Shown: positions 18,088 through 27,685 of the stretch, piece by piece
Layout: every line of letters begins with the position of its first letter
Numbering within the stretch: the stretch's first letter is position 1
Origin: Candidatus Fokinia solitaria
GTDB lineage: Bacteria; Pseudomonadota; Alphaproteobacteria; Rickettsiales; Midichloriaceae
NCBI RefSeq assembly: GCF_003072485.1
Contig: NZ_CP025989.1
Location: forward strand, 90,001-122,000
Direction: 5' to 3'
DNA length: 32,000 bases
Made by a program: the position numbers and the translations under genes
The notes under the pieces: model-generated
What the model saw: the letters and a program-made list of their open reading frames with translations, nothing else
Told to the model about the DNA's origin: nothing
Databases searched by the model: none

Positions 18088-18621
18088 CTACTTTTTCTTA
18101 CCTTCTTTCATGATAATACGTTCTCCTGCATACCTTACTCCTTTACCTTGGTAAGGCTCCGGTGGTCTGAGCTTTCTGATTTCTGAGGCAATTTCTCCTA
18201 CTACCTGCTTATCAATACCACTTATGACTATCTCTGTAGGAGTTGGAGTTTCAATACTGACGCTACTAGGAATACCGTAGAAAACAGGATGACTGAATCG
18301 CAATTCTAAGACCAATATCTTGCCTCGTATTGCAGCTTTATATCCAGTACCTACTAACTCCAACTTTTTGCTGAATCCTACACTAACGCCGCGCACCATA
18401 TTATTTACAACATTTCTTGCTGTGCCCCACATAGCTCTACCAAACTTATCCTCACTGTTCGTACTTACTGTAAGCGAATTACCTTCATGATGAAATTGTA
18501 CAAGCTTAGGAAAAGAGAATTCGAGTTCACCCTTAGGGCCAGAAGCTTTTATGTAACTACCGTCTATCTTCAGTGATATTCCTGTTGGAATCGTAATAGG
18601 TACCTTGCCAACTCTGGACAT
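18088..18621 (-). CDS. rplF: 50S ribosomal protein L6
   Basis: MSRVGKVPITIP...GPKGEL...LVGTGYKAA...FSHPV...TEIVISGIDKQVVGE...PEPYQGKGVRYAGE. Aligns by eye along its length with E. coli L6. Confidence 0.95.
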   Translation of the reverse strand: MSRVGKVPITIPTGISLKIDGSYIKASGPKGELEFSFPKLVQFHHEGNSLTVSTNSEDKFGRAMWGTARNVVNNMVRGVSVGFSKKLELVGTGYKAAIRGKILVLELRFSHPVFYGIPSSVSIETPTPTEIVISGIDKQVVGEIASEIRKLRPPEPYQGKGVRYAGERIIMKEGKKK

Positions 18622-18799
18622 TTCTCTGAAAAATCTATTATTTCATACAAATTAATACATACACGTACTTGCTTAGAAGATCAATGCGTGAAGCATTCTA
18701 AGATACTTGAGTGATTTCTTGGTAGAAATGATATTTTGCATAATTTTATGCTCATGATAATATTCTGATTATTAATGAAATAATTAGTGATGATCGACT

Positions 18800-21229
18800 A
18801 TGGTGACACCGATGATGATGCAGTATTTTGCACTCAAAAAAGCTAATAGTGAGTATATGCTTTTCTACAGAATGGGCGATTTTTATGAGTTATTCTTTGA
18901 TGATGCAGTCGTTGCGGCAAAAATACTTAATATAGTACTGACAAAACGTGGTAAGTGCGATGAAATCGATGTGCCGATGTGTGGTGTGCCGTATCATTCG
19001 AGTAATTTCTACATACAAAAATTACTGAAAGCAGGATATAAAGTAGCAATTTGTGAACAGTTAGAAACTGCGGAAGAAGCGAAGAAGAGAGGCGCAAAAA
19101 CTCTTGTGAAGAGAGATATTGTGAGAGTAATTACTCAAGGTACTTTTTTTGAGGAAGAGACAGAAAGCGGAGTGATACATAAGTATATTGCGTCTGTTCA
19201 TCCGTATAAATATGAAGGTAGCGATGATGAAGGATTTTGTATGGCTGTACTCGATCTTGGTACTGCCGATTTTTCTGTCATCAAAGGTCAGAAAAAAGAT
19301 TTTATGAACTACTTATACGAGTTCAAAATCATAGAACTATTATGCGCTGACAAAGTTGCAGAGAAATGTGATTGGATGCGAGAAGCGCTACGCCTTTATG
19401 GCGCTGATAACATCCTCACTAGAAGACCAGATGTCTTATTCAGTCACAGCAGAGCAGTAGAAGTTGTGAAAGATGTATATAACCTTCCAGCCGTATCTTC
19501 ATCTTTCGATGAGTACGAAATTATCGCAATGGGCGTGCTATTGGAGTATATCAAATTCACTCAAAAAGAGCATATACCGCAGCTTAATTTACCGAAAAGA
19601 AGAGATGACAGTATTTTTGTCAAAATAGATGCTGTAACGAGAAAGCATTTGGAGATAGAAGATAGCGCTAATGAAGGTAGTACGTTATTTTCCACAATAG
19701 ATTATACTGTTTCTTGCATTGGAAAGCGTCTTCTCAAGATGTATCTAAGAACTGTATCTAAAGAACTTCACGTGATTAATACTCGTTTAGATGGAGTGGA
19801 AACGTTTTTAGGACATATGAAAATCGTAAACGATATAAGAGAGTTGTTAAAACAAATGCCGGATATTGAGAGAGTAGCGACAAGAATAACAGCAGGTAGA
19901 TGCACAGTAAAAGATCTGATGAATATGCGTGATGGATTAAATGTAGCTACGCGAATTTTTCATTGTATAGAAAGAGAGGAGTTATCCAAAAAAGTTAGAG
20001 CGATAATAGAGGAAATGATATCATTTGATGATTTATTACACGTTCTGAATAGCACACTTAATCCTGTAGTACTGGATGTAACTGAGCATAGCACTTTTAT
20101 AAAAAGAGGATATCGTGCACCGTTAGATGCTTTATATGATTTAAGAAATAACGCTAGTAATAGAATTGATGCTTTAAGAAAAAAGTATGTTCAGTTAACA
20201 GGTATTGGTAATTTGAAGATCTCTAAAAGTAGTATTTACGGTTATTGTGTAGATATTACCTTATCTCAGTCTGAGAAGCTTTCAGGTACAATGTTCGTAA
20301 AAAAGCAATCACTTACGAATGTTGTACGTTATAAAACTGCTGAATTAGAAGAGTTAGAAACAGAAATTCTTACGGTGCAAAGCAAGATCGACGCTATGGA
20401 AAAAGAGATATTTGAAGAAACACGTTTAGCGATAGTAAAAAGAATAGAATATATCGCTATATGTGTTGCTGTAATCGGAAAAATTGACGTAATAACATCG
20501 TTTGCATTTTTGGCGAAATCTAGAAATTATGTCAGACCAACTATGACGAATGATTTCAATCTGTTGATTGAGGAGGGAAAGCATCCAGTATTGGACGTTC
20601 TTTTAGGAGAAAATTGTATATCAAATGATTGCATTTTTGATGAAAACGTCAATTTGCAAATCATTACCGGTGCAAATATGGCAGGCAAAAGTACCTTCTT
20701 GCGGCAAAATGCGCTCATTGTTATTATGGCGCAAATAGGGAGTTTTATACCGGCGAAGAGGGGGAGTATAGGATTAGTAGAAAGTATTATGACAAGAATA
20801 GGAGCAAGCGATAATATTACAAATGGAGAATCCACATTTATGGTGGAAATGCTGGAAACTGCACGCATATTGCAAAGCGCCTCTCAGAATTCTCTCATAT
20901 TACTCGATGAAGTAGGTCGCGGTACTTCAGCTAAAGAAGGTATGGCTATCGCAATAGCCGTCACAGAGTATGTCCATGAACAAATAAAAGCAAAAACTAT
21001 ATTCGCCACTCATTACCATGAATTAGGAAATTTAGAAAATACTCTCCATAAAGCTAAATCTTATAAAATGGATGTCACTGAACATAATGGTAAAATCACT
21101 TTCATGCATAAAATATCACAAGGTATAGCTACTCACTCATATGCATTACATATCGCAAAACTCGCAGGTATGCCTAAATCCCTCCTCCAAAGAGCTTCTC
21201 AAATCTTCCTCAATCACTCTTCTTATTAG
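18800..21229 (+). CDS. mutS: DNA mismatch repair protein MutS
   Basis: TPMMMQYFALKK...FYRMGDFYELFFDDA (mismatch-binding domain). Walker A ITGANMAGKSTFLRQ, STFMVEMLE, LLDEVGRGTS, FATHYHEL. Confidence 0.95.
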   Translation: MVTPMMMQYFALKKANSEYMLFYRMGDFYELFFDDAVVAAKILNIVLTKRGKCDEIDVPMCGVPYHSSNFYIQKLLKAGYKVAICEQLETAEEAKKRGAKTLVKRDIVRVITQGTFFEEETESGVIHKYIASVHPYKYEGSDDEGFCMAVLDLGTADFSVIKGQKKDFMNYLYEFKIIELLCADKVAEKCDWMREALRLYGADNILTRRPDVLFSHSRAVEVVKDVYNLPAVSSSFDEYEIIAMGVLLEYIKFTQKEHIPQLNLPKRRDDSIFVKIDAVTRKHLEIEDSANEGSTLFSTIDYTVSCIGKRLLKMYLRTVSKELHVINTRLDGVETFLGHMKIVNDIRELLKQMPDIERVATRITAGRCTVKDLMNMRDGLNVATRIFHCIEREELSKKVRAIIEEMISFDDLLHVLNSTLNPVVLDVTEHSTFIKRGYRAPLDALYDLRNNASNRIDALRKKYVQLTGIGNLKISKSSIYGYCVDITLSQSEKLSGTMFVKKQSLTNVVRYKTAELEELETEILTVQSKIDAMEKEIFEETRLAIVKRIEYIAICVAVIGKIDVITSFAFLAKSRNYVRPTMTNDFNLLIEEGKHPVLDVLLGENCISNDCIFDENVNLQIITGANMAGKSTFLRQNALIVIMAQIGSFIPAKRGSIGLVESIMTRIGASDNITNGESTFMVEMLETARILQSASQNSLILLDEVGRGTSAKEGMAIAIAVTEYVHEQIKAKTIFATHYHELGNLENTLHKAKSYKMDVTEHNGKITFMHKISQGIATHSYALHIAKLAGMPKSLLQRASQIFLNHSSY

Positions 21230-21308
21230 ATAGAGAATGTTGAAGTGTAAATATTTAAGATTGCAATTTTTTGTGTTTTTTGTAACATCTCATGATAAAT
21301 AAAGTGCG

Positions 21309-22862
21309 ATGTATGCTATGAATTCAAATATCCGCCGAACCTCTTCATTGAGTAAAAAAATAGAAAATTCTGACAGTGGCTTTAAGCTTGACGACAAAAT
21401 TCTCGTACTCGGAGTCGGAGGTGCGGGAAGTAATGCAGTAGAAAGAATGCTTGAAGCAGAAGTGCCAGGTATAGAGTTTTGTATAGCAAATACAGATGCA
21501 CAAGCATTACAAACGTCGAAATGTCCTAATCGTATACAGTTAGGACCAGAGATTACTATGGGGCTAGGTGCAGGTGCAGATGCTGATGTAGGCAGAGTAT
21601 CAGCAGAAGAATCAATGGATGAGGTGCAGAATATATTAAACGGTGTGCGCTTGTTGTTTATAGTATGTGGAATGGGCGGAGGTACAGGTACTGGCGCCTC
21701 TCCTGTAGTTGCGCAAATTGCACATTCTAAGAATATACTGACTGTCGCTATGGTTACGAAGCCATTTGATTTTGAAGGTAGTAGAAGAATGCGTGTAGCA
21801 GAAGCTGGTATTGAAGCATTAGAGCCATATGTCAATTCTATGATAGTAATGCCAAATCAGAATGCTTTTAGAGTGGCGACAGATAAAACTACCTTTGAAG
21901 CAGCATGTGCGCTTTCTGATGAAATCTTGAAACATACGTTACGCTCGATAACTGGACTGATAAAAGAGAAAGGGCTGATTAACTTAGATTTCGCTGATGT
22001 GAAATCTGTAATGTCTTTCAAAGGAAGAGCAATGGTAGGTGTTGGAGAAGCGAGTGGAGAGAATAGAGGAAGTGTCGCTGCAGAACAGGCTATACATAAT
22101 CCGCTTTTGGACGATACAACGATGGAACGAGCACAAGGCATATTGGTAAATGTCACTGGAGCAAATAATATGACGCTTTTTGAAATAGATGAGGTCGTTA
22201 ATAGAGTAAAAGAAAGATCTCCGGATGCTTTATTGATTTTTGGTGCGGTGTACAATAACGATAAAAAAGACGTGCTAAGTGTAACTGTAATAGCAACTGG
22301 ATTGGATCATGGCGCCGATGTAAAGCAAAAAAGTCCTGTTCAAACTACTCCTAAGTTAAGTGGACATAGTGTGCCTTGGAATCAATTACAACATGATGGA
22401 AATTTCCATAGATCTGAAGCGCAGCACAGTTTAAAAGTGACGATGGATAGTATTGCGAGTAAATCTCATCAGCAAGAAAGTGATGCTGATAGAATTGCAG
22501 TAGCTGAAAATCATGAAAATCCGTTGTATAATGTAGAGCGGCAGCATAATTCTTCTCAAGAGTTGAATGAAAAACGCAATTCTTCTTTGCGTAACATAAA
22601 TAATACTCTTTTTACGCCACCTAAGAAATATGAGCTTTTCAAGAACCTCGCTAGTAATACGCAAAATATAAAGGAAAATGACGATAGAAAAGTACGTATA
22701 GAAATAGAACCTGAGAGTAGTATAAATAACTCTGATGAGAGAGAGCCTGAGAAAAATGAACTCGATTCTACAAAGAGAGTAGAAGAAATTTCTGTATCAG
22801 ATGCACGTCCTAAGAAAAAAGATTTCTTTGATATTCCGTCGTTTTTACGTAGGAAGAAGTAA
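21309..22862 (+). CDS. ftsZ: Cell division GTPase FtsZ with a long C-terminal linker
   Basis: GVGGAGSNAV, tubulin signature GMGGGTGTGASPV, NLDFADV. The core ends near D333 (ATGLD). A polar linker of about 169 aa follows (nt about 22314-22820). The conserved C-terminal peptide is DFFDIPSFLRRKK. Confidence 0.95.
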   Translation: MYAMNSNIRRTSSLSKKIENSDSGFKLDDKILVLGVGGAGSNAVERMLEAEVPGIEFCIANTDAQALQTSKCPNRIQLGPEITMGLGAGADADVGRVSAEESMDEVQNILNGVRLLFIVCGMGGGTGTGASPVVAQIAHSKNILTVAMVTKPFDFEGSRRMRVAEAGIEALEPYVNSMIVMPNQNAFRVATDKTTFEAACALSDEILKHTLRSITGLIKEKGLINLDFADVKSVMSFKGRAMVGVGEASGENRGSVAAEQAIHNPLLDDTTMERAQGILVNVTGANNMTLFEIDEVVNRVKERSPDALLIFGAVYNNDKKDVLSVTVIATGLDHGADVKQKSPVQTTPKLSGHSVPWNQLQHDGNFHRSEAQHSLKVTMDSIASKSHQQESDADRIAVAENHENPLYNVERQHNSSQELNEKRNSSLRNINNTLFTPPKKYELFKNLASNTQNIKENDDRKVRIEIEPESSINNSDEREPEKNELDSTKRVEEISVSDARPKKKDFFDIPSFLRRKK

Positions 22863-23190
22863 TTTATTCATAGAGTAAGTAGCAGTAGATATCACTACTA
22901 CAACCTTTACTATTGTTGAAGTTTTGCGTATGTAGTGTTGCAGTCAAGAGAAGGCGAAGAAGTGAAAGTATTTGAAGAAGTTTCTGTTGTGTGTCTTTCA
23001 TTTTATTGAAAAACTTACTGAGCATCGAGACGTTTAAGTACTTCGCTTTATTGAAGGGTAAGAAAGTGTTATTTGCCTATTTTTGCTGATTCGATCTATG
23101 ATTTTTCATTAATGAAGAATACATTGTGAGTTTCTGCTTAGTGGAAAATTTCCTTCATAGAAAGCCATCTTAATGCAATATCTTCACCTT

Positions 23191-23487
23191 CTATTCTTTT
23201 ACCAAAGTAAAACTCATTATGTTTTTAATCTCAGGTATATTAGCCATTATTTCGTTAAACAAAGAGTACGACGTTATAGAATCAACTATCTTCTTAGGTA
23301 TGCTTTCAATCTTAAGTATGTCTCTATTATTTTCTTCGTTGAAGAGTGTTAGTTTTATAAGAAGTCTGTGATAAGTAACGTCATAAGCGGCCTTTGCATT
23401 TTTGTATACTGCGGTGCCACTTGTATTGCGACTTGCTTCTTGCAATCCACTTCTGATTAGCGCATCTTTCGTTATTGTATCAAGCAA
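23191..23487 (-). pseudogene. Diverged duplicate of the ligA C-terminal tail (98-codon ORF, TTG start), probably non-functional
   Basis: It encodes ..KDALIRSGLQEASRNTSG.. and ..LFNEENNRDILKIES... The ligA tail has ..EDALIGSGLQEASRGTEK.. and ..LKKRMEDELKDIIVKIEH... The DNA blocks match the ligA tail at about 85% identity (see repeat features). Confidence 0.4.
23324..23394. repeat. Dispersed repeat block X (partner X' at 23697..23768)
   Basis: ctattattttcttcgttgaagagtgttagttttataagaagt... matches ctattattttctttcgttgaagagtgttagttttataggaagt... About 85% identity with one indel (manual alignment). The core caatgaagaatgttgtttta-like string also resembles the 114-bp ligA tail unit. Confidence 0.8.
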
Positions 23488-23500
23488 AGAGGATAGTGTT
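23428..23500. repeat. Dispersed repeat block Y (partner Y' at 24111..24183 inside the ligA 3' end)
   Basis: gcgacttgcttcttgcaatccacttctgattagcgcatctttcgttattg... matches gcgacttgcttcttgcaatccacttccgatcagcgcatcttccattattt... About 10 mismatches in 73 nt (about 86%). Confidence 0.85.
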
Positions 23501-23696
23501 ATATCACAAATTTCTTCTTTAATTACTGTTTAGTCAGTATGCTGTCAGATCAATAGTATTATTTCATAGATCTATCAATGATATCGTAAGTACGTTCTGA
23601 ATTGCTTTGTTCACTGAAGAAATCTTTTATAGAGTGAGATTATTACCTCATAAAGCTATTTATAGAGTACAGCGCATCTATATTTTGACTTAGCTT

Positions 23697-23768
23697 CTAT
23701 TATTTTCTTTCGTTGAAGAGTGTTAGTTTTATAGGAAGTTCGTAGTAAGCAATATCATAAGCAGCTTC
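23697..23768. repeat. Dispersed repeat block X' (partner X at 23324..23394)
   Basis: See block X. The copies are 373 bp apart in the same orientation. Confidence 0.8.
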
Positions 23769-24035
23769 TGAATCTCTTCGCGTAGAGAAGGAATTTTACA
23801 GAGTATTTTATTTCGTTAGCGATGTATTCGGTGAAGAATGCGGCATATCTGTTTCTTTCAATTTCTTATCTTACGTTTAATGAGTTGTGTTCGACAAAGA
23901 GTGGTTATGCTGTAAGAGAATAGTAGTTAATGATTCAGCGGTGTTCTACATTTCCCTGCGTAGTGAGATGATCTGTATAAGGAGGACTATTTCTTTAGCG
24001 ACGCTATGCATGGAATGCAGCGCATTCTTTTGCGT

Positions 24036-26300
24036 TTATGTGGAAATTGCTGTTAGTTCTCGAACCTCCGTTGCTAATGGAAAGCAAGCTGAGAGATCTT
24101 TTTCTGTACCGCGACTTGCTTCTTGCAATCCACTTCCGATCAGCGCATCTTCCATTATTTCATCAGGCGAAGAGGATTGTTTTCGGTCATGTTCTATCTT
24201 CACGATAATATCCTTAAGTTCATCTTCCATTCTTTTTTTCAATGAAGAATGTTGTTTTAGAAGGAAAGCTTTTTTCTCACTGATGCTATTTATATAATGC
24301 AGAGCTTTATTTCTCACCATTTCTCTAATCAGTTCATCTTTCATTCTTTTCCTCAATGGAGAATGTTGTTTTAGAGGGAAAGCTTTTTTCTCACTGATGC
24401 TATTTGCATAGTGCAGAGTTTTATCTCTCACCATTTCTTTCAATGAAGAATGTTGTTCTATAGAGAGGATGTCATCCAATGCATGAATTAGTGCTATATT
24501 TTCTTGTGCAGTGAAGAAATTCTTTATAGAGGCAGCTGTTTTCTCACCTATGCCTTTCATACTAAGCGTTCCTTCTGATATTTTTCTCATTAGATCCTTC
24601 AATGAAGAGATTTGAGAAGCGATGATCTTTGCGCTTTCCTTACCAACATGCGGAATACATAATGATAATATGAGATTACATAGCGATACATTATAAGACT
24701 TCTTTATTGCGTATATAAGATTTTGCACACTCTCCTCTCGCCAGCCATCCAATCTTAATATACTCTCAATTTTTGCATTATCAGTTGCAATTTTTAATAT
24801 ATCGACAAACCCTTTTATAATTTCTGCTTGATATAATTGTCTGATTTGTTTTTCACCAAATCCCGCTATATTCATACAATCTTTGCTTACAAAATGTATC
24901 ATCCTTTGTATAGTTCTTTCACAACATGAAATATTTGGACAAATCAGTGTCGCGTCTGTTTCTCTTACTAATGAATGACCACAGAAAGGACATTCTGTGA
25001 TACTTGAAAATTTTGGCAACTCTGCTTTCTCATCTCTCTCGGAGTATAATACGTCGCAGATGCACGGTATAACTCCGCCAGATTTTTTGACAGTGATAAT
25101 ATCTCCTATTCTGATATCACGCTTCGTAATTTCTGCAAAGTTATGTAGAGTTACTCTCGTAATAGTTGTACCCGATATTATGATTGGTTCGACGACTGCA
25201 ATTGGTGTGAGATTGCCATGCTTCCCTACCTGTGGCACTATGGCCAATAATTTTGTTTCGTAAGAATCTGATGAGAACTTATATGCCATTGCACCTCTAG
25301 GCGCTGTAGCTGTATATCCAAGTGCATCCTGTATTTCGAGGTTATTTATTTTGCACACTATGCCATCTGTATCATACGAAATTTTTTTATTATTTTGCGC
25401 GACGGAAATATCATGATAAAACTCTCGAATTTCATTTATGCTATTCGCAATTTTAAATTCTGAAATAACGTCGAAACCGATTGTAGTTAAATATTTTCGT
25501 ACTTCGGTGTAATGCATTTTATCCTCTTGCAGAGTAGCGCTACCCCATACAAGATATGAGAGTATTTTATCGTTTTCGAATCTATTCTTTAACTGTCTTA
25601 ATATACCTGATGCCGCATTTCTTGTCGTGGAAAAAGGCTTTTCTCCATTTTTTCTCAAAGAACTATTAATTTCTTCAAATACACTATTTTTTATGAAAAT
25701 TTCTCCACGTACTTCAAATTCTTCGTAGTGACAGCCACTTTCTAGAAATGAAGGAAAATTCGCAATTAAATGTACATTTCTCGTAACGTCTTCTCCGTTT
25801 TCTCCATCGCCTCTAGTCAGAATGTGAGTCAATTTTCCATTCTTATACAGCGCGCTAAACGAAAGACCGTCCACTTTTGTTTCGCAGCATATAGGGTACA
25901 GCAGACTTATGTCCTGTTCTTTCTTTTTCAATAGAGTTGCAATTCTCTGTAACCACTCGTCTAATTCTTCCTCGTTAAATGCGTTATTTAATGAGTACAT
26001 TCGTTTTACATGAGATTTCTTTTCAAATCCTTTATTTGTGAGAAAGCCTACTGTACTGATGACACCGTTATCGTACATCTTCTGTACTGTTACTTTGTAA
26101 TCTGCTCTTAGATCAGATGCTTCCGGTATTTCATCAATCATCTTGAATAGCATCTCATAATACTGAATGAGCTTTTTCTTTCTTTCATCATACTCGCTGT
26201 CTGAGATGAGTGATTGATTTTGTACGTAGTACGCTCTGTTGTATTTTCTGAGTGCTTTCTCCAGCGTTTTAACTGTTGTTATCAGTGGAATAAGACTCAT
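24036..26300 (-). CDS. ligA: NAD+-dependent DNA ligase LigA, with the BRCT region replaced by a repeat-containing tail
   Basis: Ia domain (YYVQNQSLISDSEYD). Adenylation motif CETKVDGLS (K142, nt 25875-25877). OB domain, Zn finger CPFCGHSLVRETDATLICPNISCCERT, and HhH region (IPHVGKESAKII..., MKGIGEKTAASIKNFF). The last 144 aa or so (nt 24036-24470) have no BRCT-like pattern. Confidence 0.9.
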   Translation of the reverse strand: MSLIPLITTVKTLEKALRKYNRAYYVQNQSLISDSEYDERKKKLIQYYEMLFKMIDEIPEASDLRADYKVTVQKMYDNGVISTVGFLTNKGFEKKSHVKRMYSLNNAFNEEELDEWLQRIATLLKKKEQDISLLYPICCETKVDGLSFSALYKNGKLTHILTRGDGENGEDVTRNVHLIANFPSFLESGCHYEEFEVRGEIFIKNSVFEEINSSLRKNGEKPFSTTRNAASGILRQLKNRFENDKILSYLVWGSATLQEDKMHYTEVRKYLTTIGFDVISEFKIANSINEIREFYHDISVAQNNKKISYDTDGIVCKINNLEIQDALGYTATAPRGAMAYKFSSDSYETKLLAIVPQVGKHGNLTPIAVVEPIIISGTTITRVTLHNFAEITKRDIRIGDIITVKKSGGVIPCICDVLYSERDEKAELPKFSSITECPFCGHSLVRETDATLICPNISCCERTIQRMIHFVSKDCMNIAGFGEKQIRQLYQAEIIKGFVDILKIATDNAKIESILRLDGWREESVQNLIYAIKKSYNVSLCNLILSLCIPHVGKESAKIIASQISSLKDLMRKISEGTLSMKGIGEKTAASIKNFFTAQENIALIHALDDILSIEQHSSLKEMVRDKTLHYANSISEKKAFPLKQHSPLRKRMKDELIREMVRNKALHYINSISEKKAFLLKQHSSLKKRMEDELKDIIVKIEHDRKQSSSPDEIMEDALIGSGLQEASRGTEKDLSACFPLATEVRELTAIST
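24111..24183. repeat. Dispersed repeat block Y' (within the ligA coding tail)
   Basis: See block Y. It encodes ..SSSPDEIMEDALIGSGLQEASR.. on the minus strand. Confidence 0.85.
24218..24462. repeat. In-frame 114-bp tandem repeat (2 full copies plus a partial third) inside the ligA 3' coding region
   Basis: Copy 1 is 24218-24331 and copy 2 is 24332-24445 (period exactly 114 nt, 38 codons). There are about 10 mismatches over the first 107 nt (about 91%). A partial third copy (ttcaatgaagaatgttgtt) lies at about 24438-24460. Protein repeat: MVR[DN]K[TA]LHY[AI]NSISEKKAF[PL]LKQHS[PS]L[RK]KRM[KE]DEL. Confidence 0.9.
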
Positions 26301-26444
26301 AACTTGTGCATAAGCTTTATTATAGCATGGTACTTATATACGCCTTTACTCGCAAGATTTATATGCACTTTTATTAGTAAGATATTTGCAAATTCCTTCA
26401 TGTGTAGTAACAGATTATACAAAAAATCGTAAGTTTTATTTTGA

Positions 26445-27572
<1,128 letters not shown>

Positions 27573-27685
27573 AGCACAATACATTGATAGATTTAATCTT
27601 GTGAGAGTGATGCATTATGCTAAACTGATGTCGAGTAAGTGGTGTAAGATTATGCCTTAGTACTTTAATCGATTTGTAGATAAGT

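Noticed and set aside
21290-21835. 181-aa antisense ORF inside ftsZ. Similar shadow ORFs occur at 1017-1371, 1845-2312, 5213-6106, 11639-11851, 12899-13210, 20527-20868, 21857-22255, 24997-25263, 28468-28737, 29915-30265 and 31294-31968.
   Set aside because: All lie antisense or out of frame within strongly supported genes. They have low-complexity composition and no motifs, as is typical of shadow ORFs.
23887-24297. 136-aa plus-strand ORF spanning the ligA 3' end
   Set aside because: It is antisense to the ligA tail and repeat region. It is C/S/F-rich with no motifs and is best explained as a by-product of the repeat sequence.
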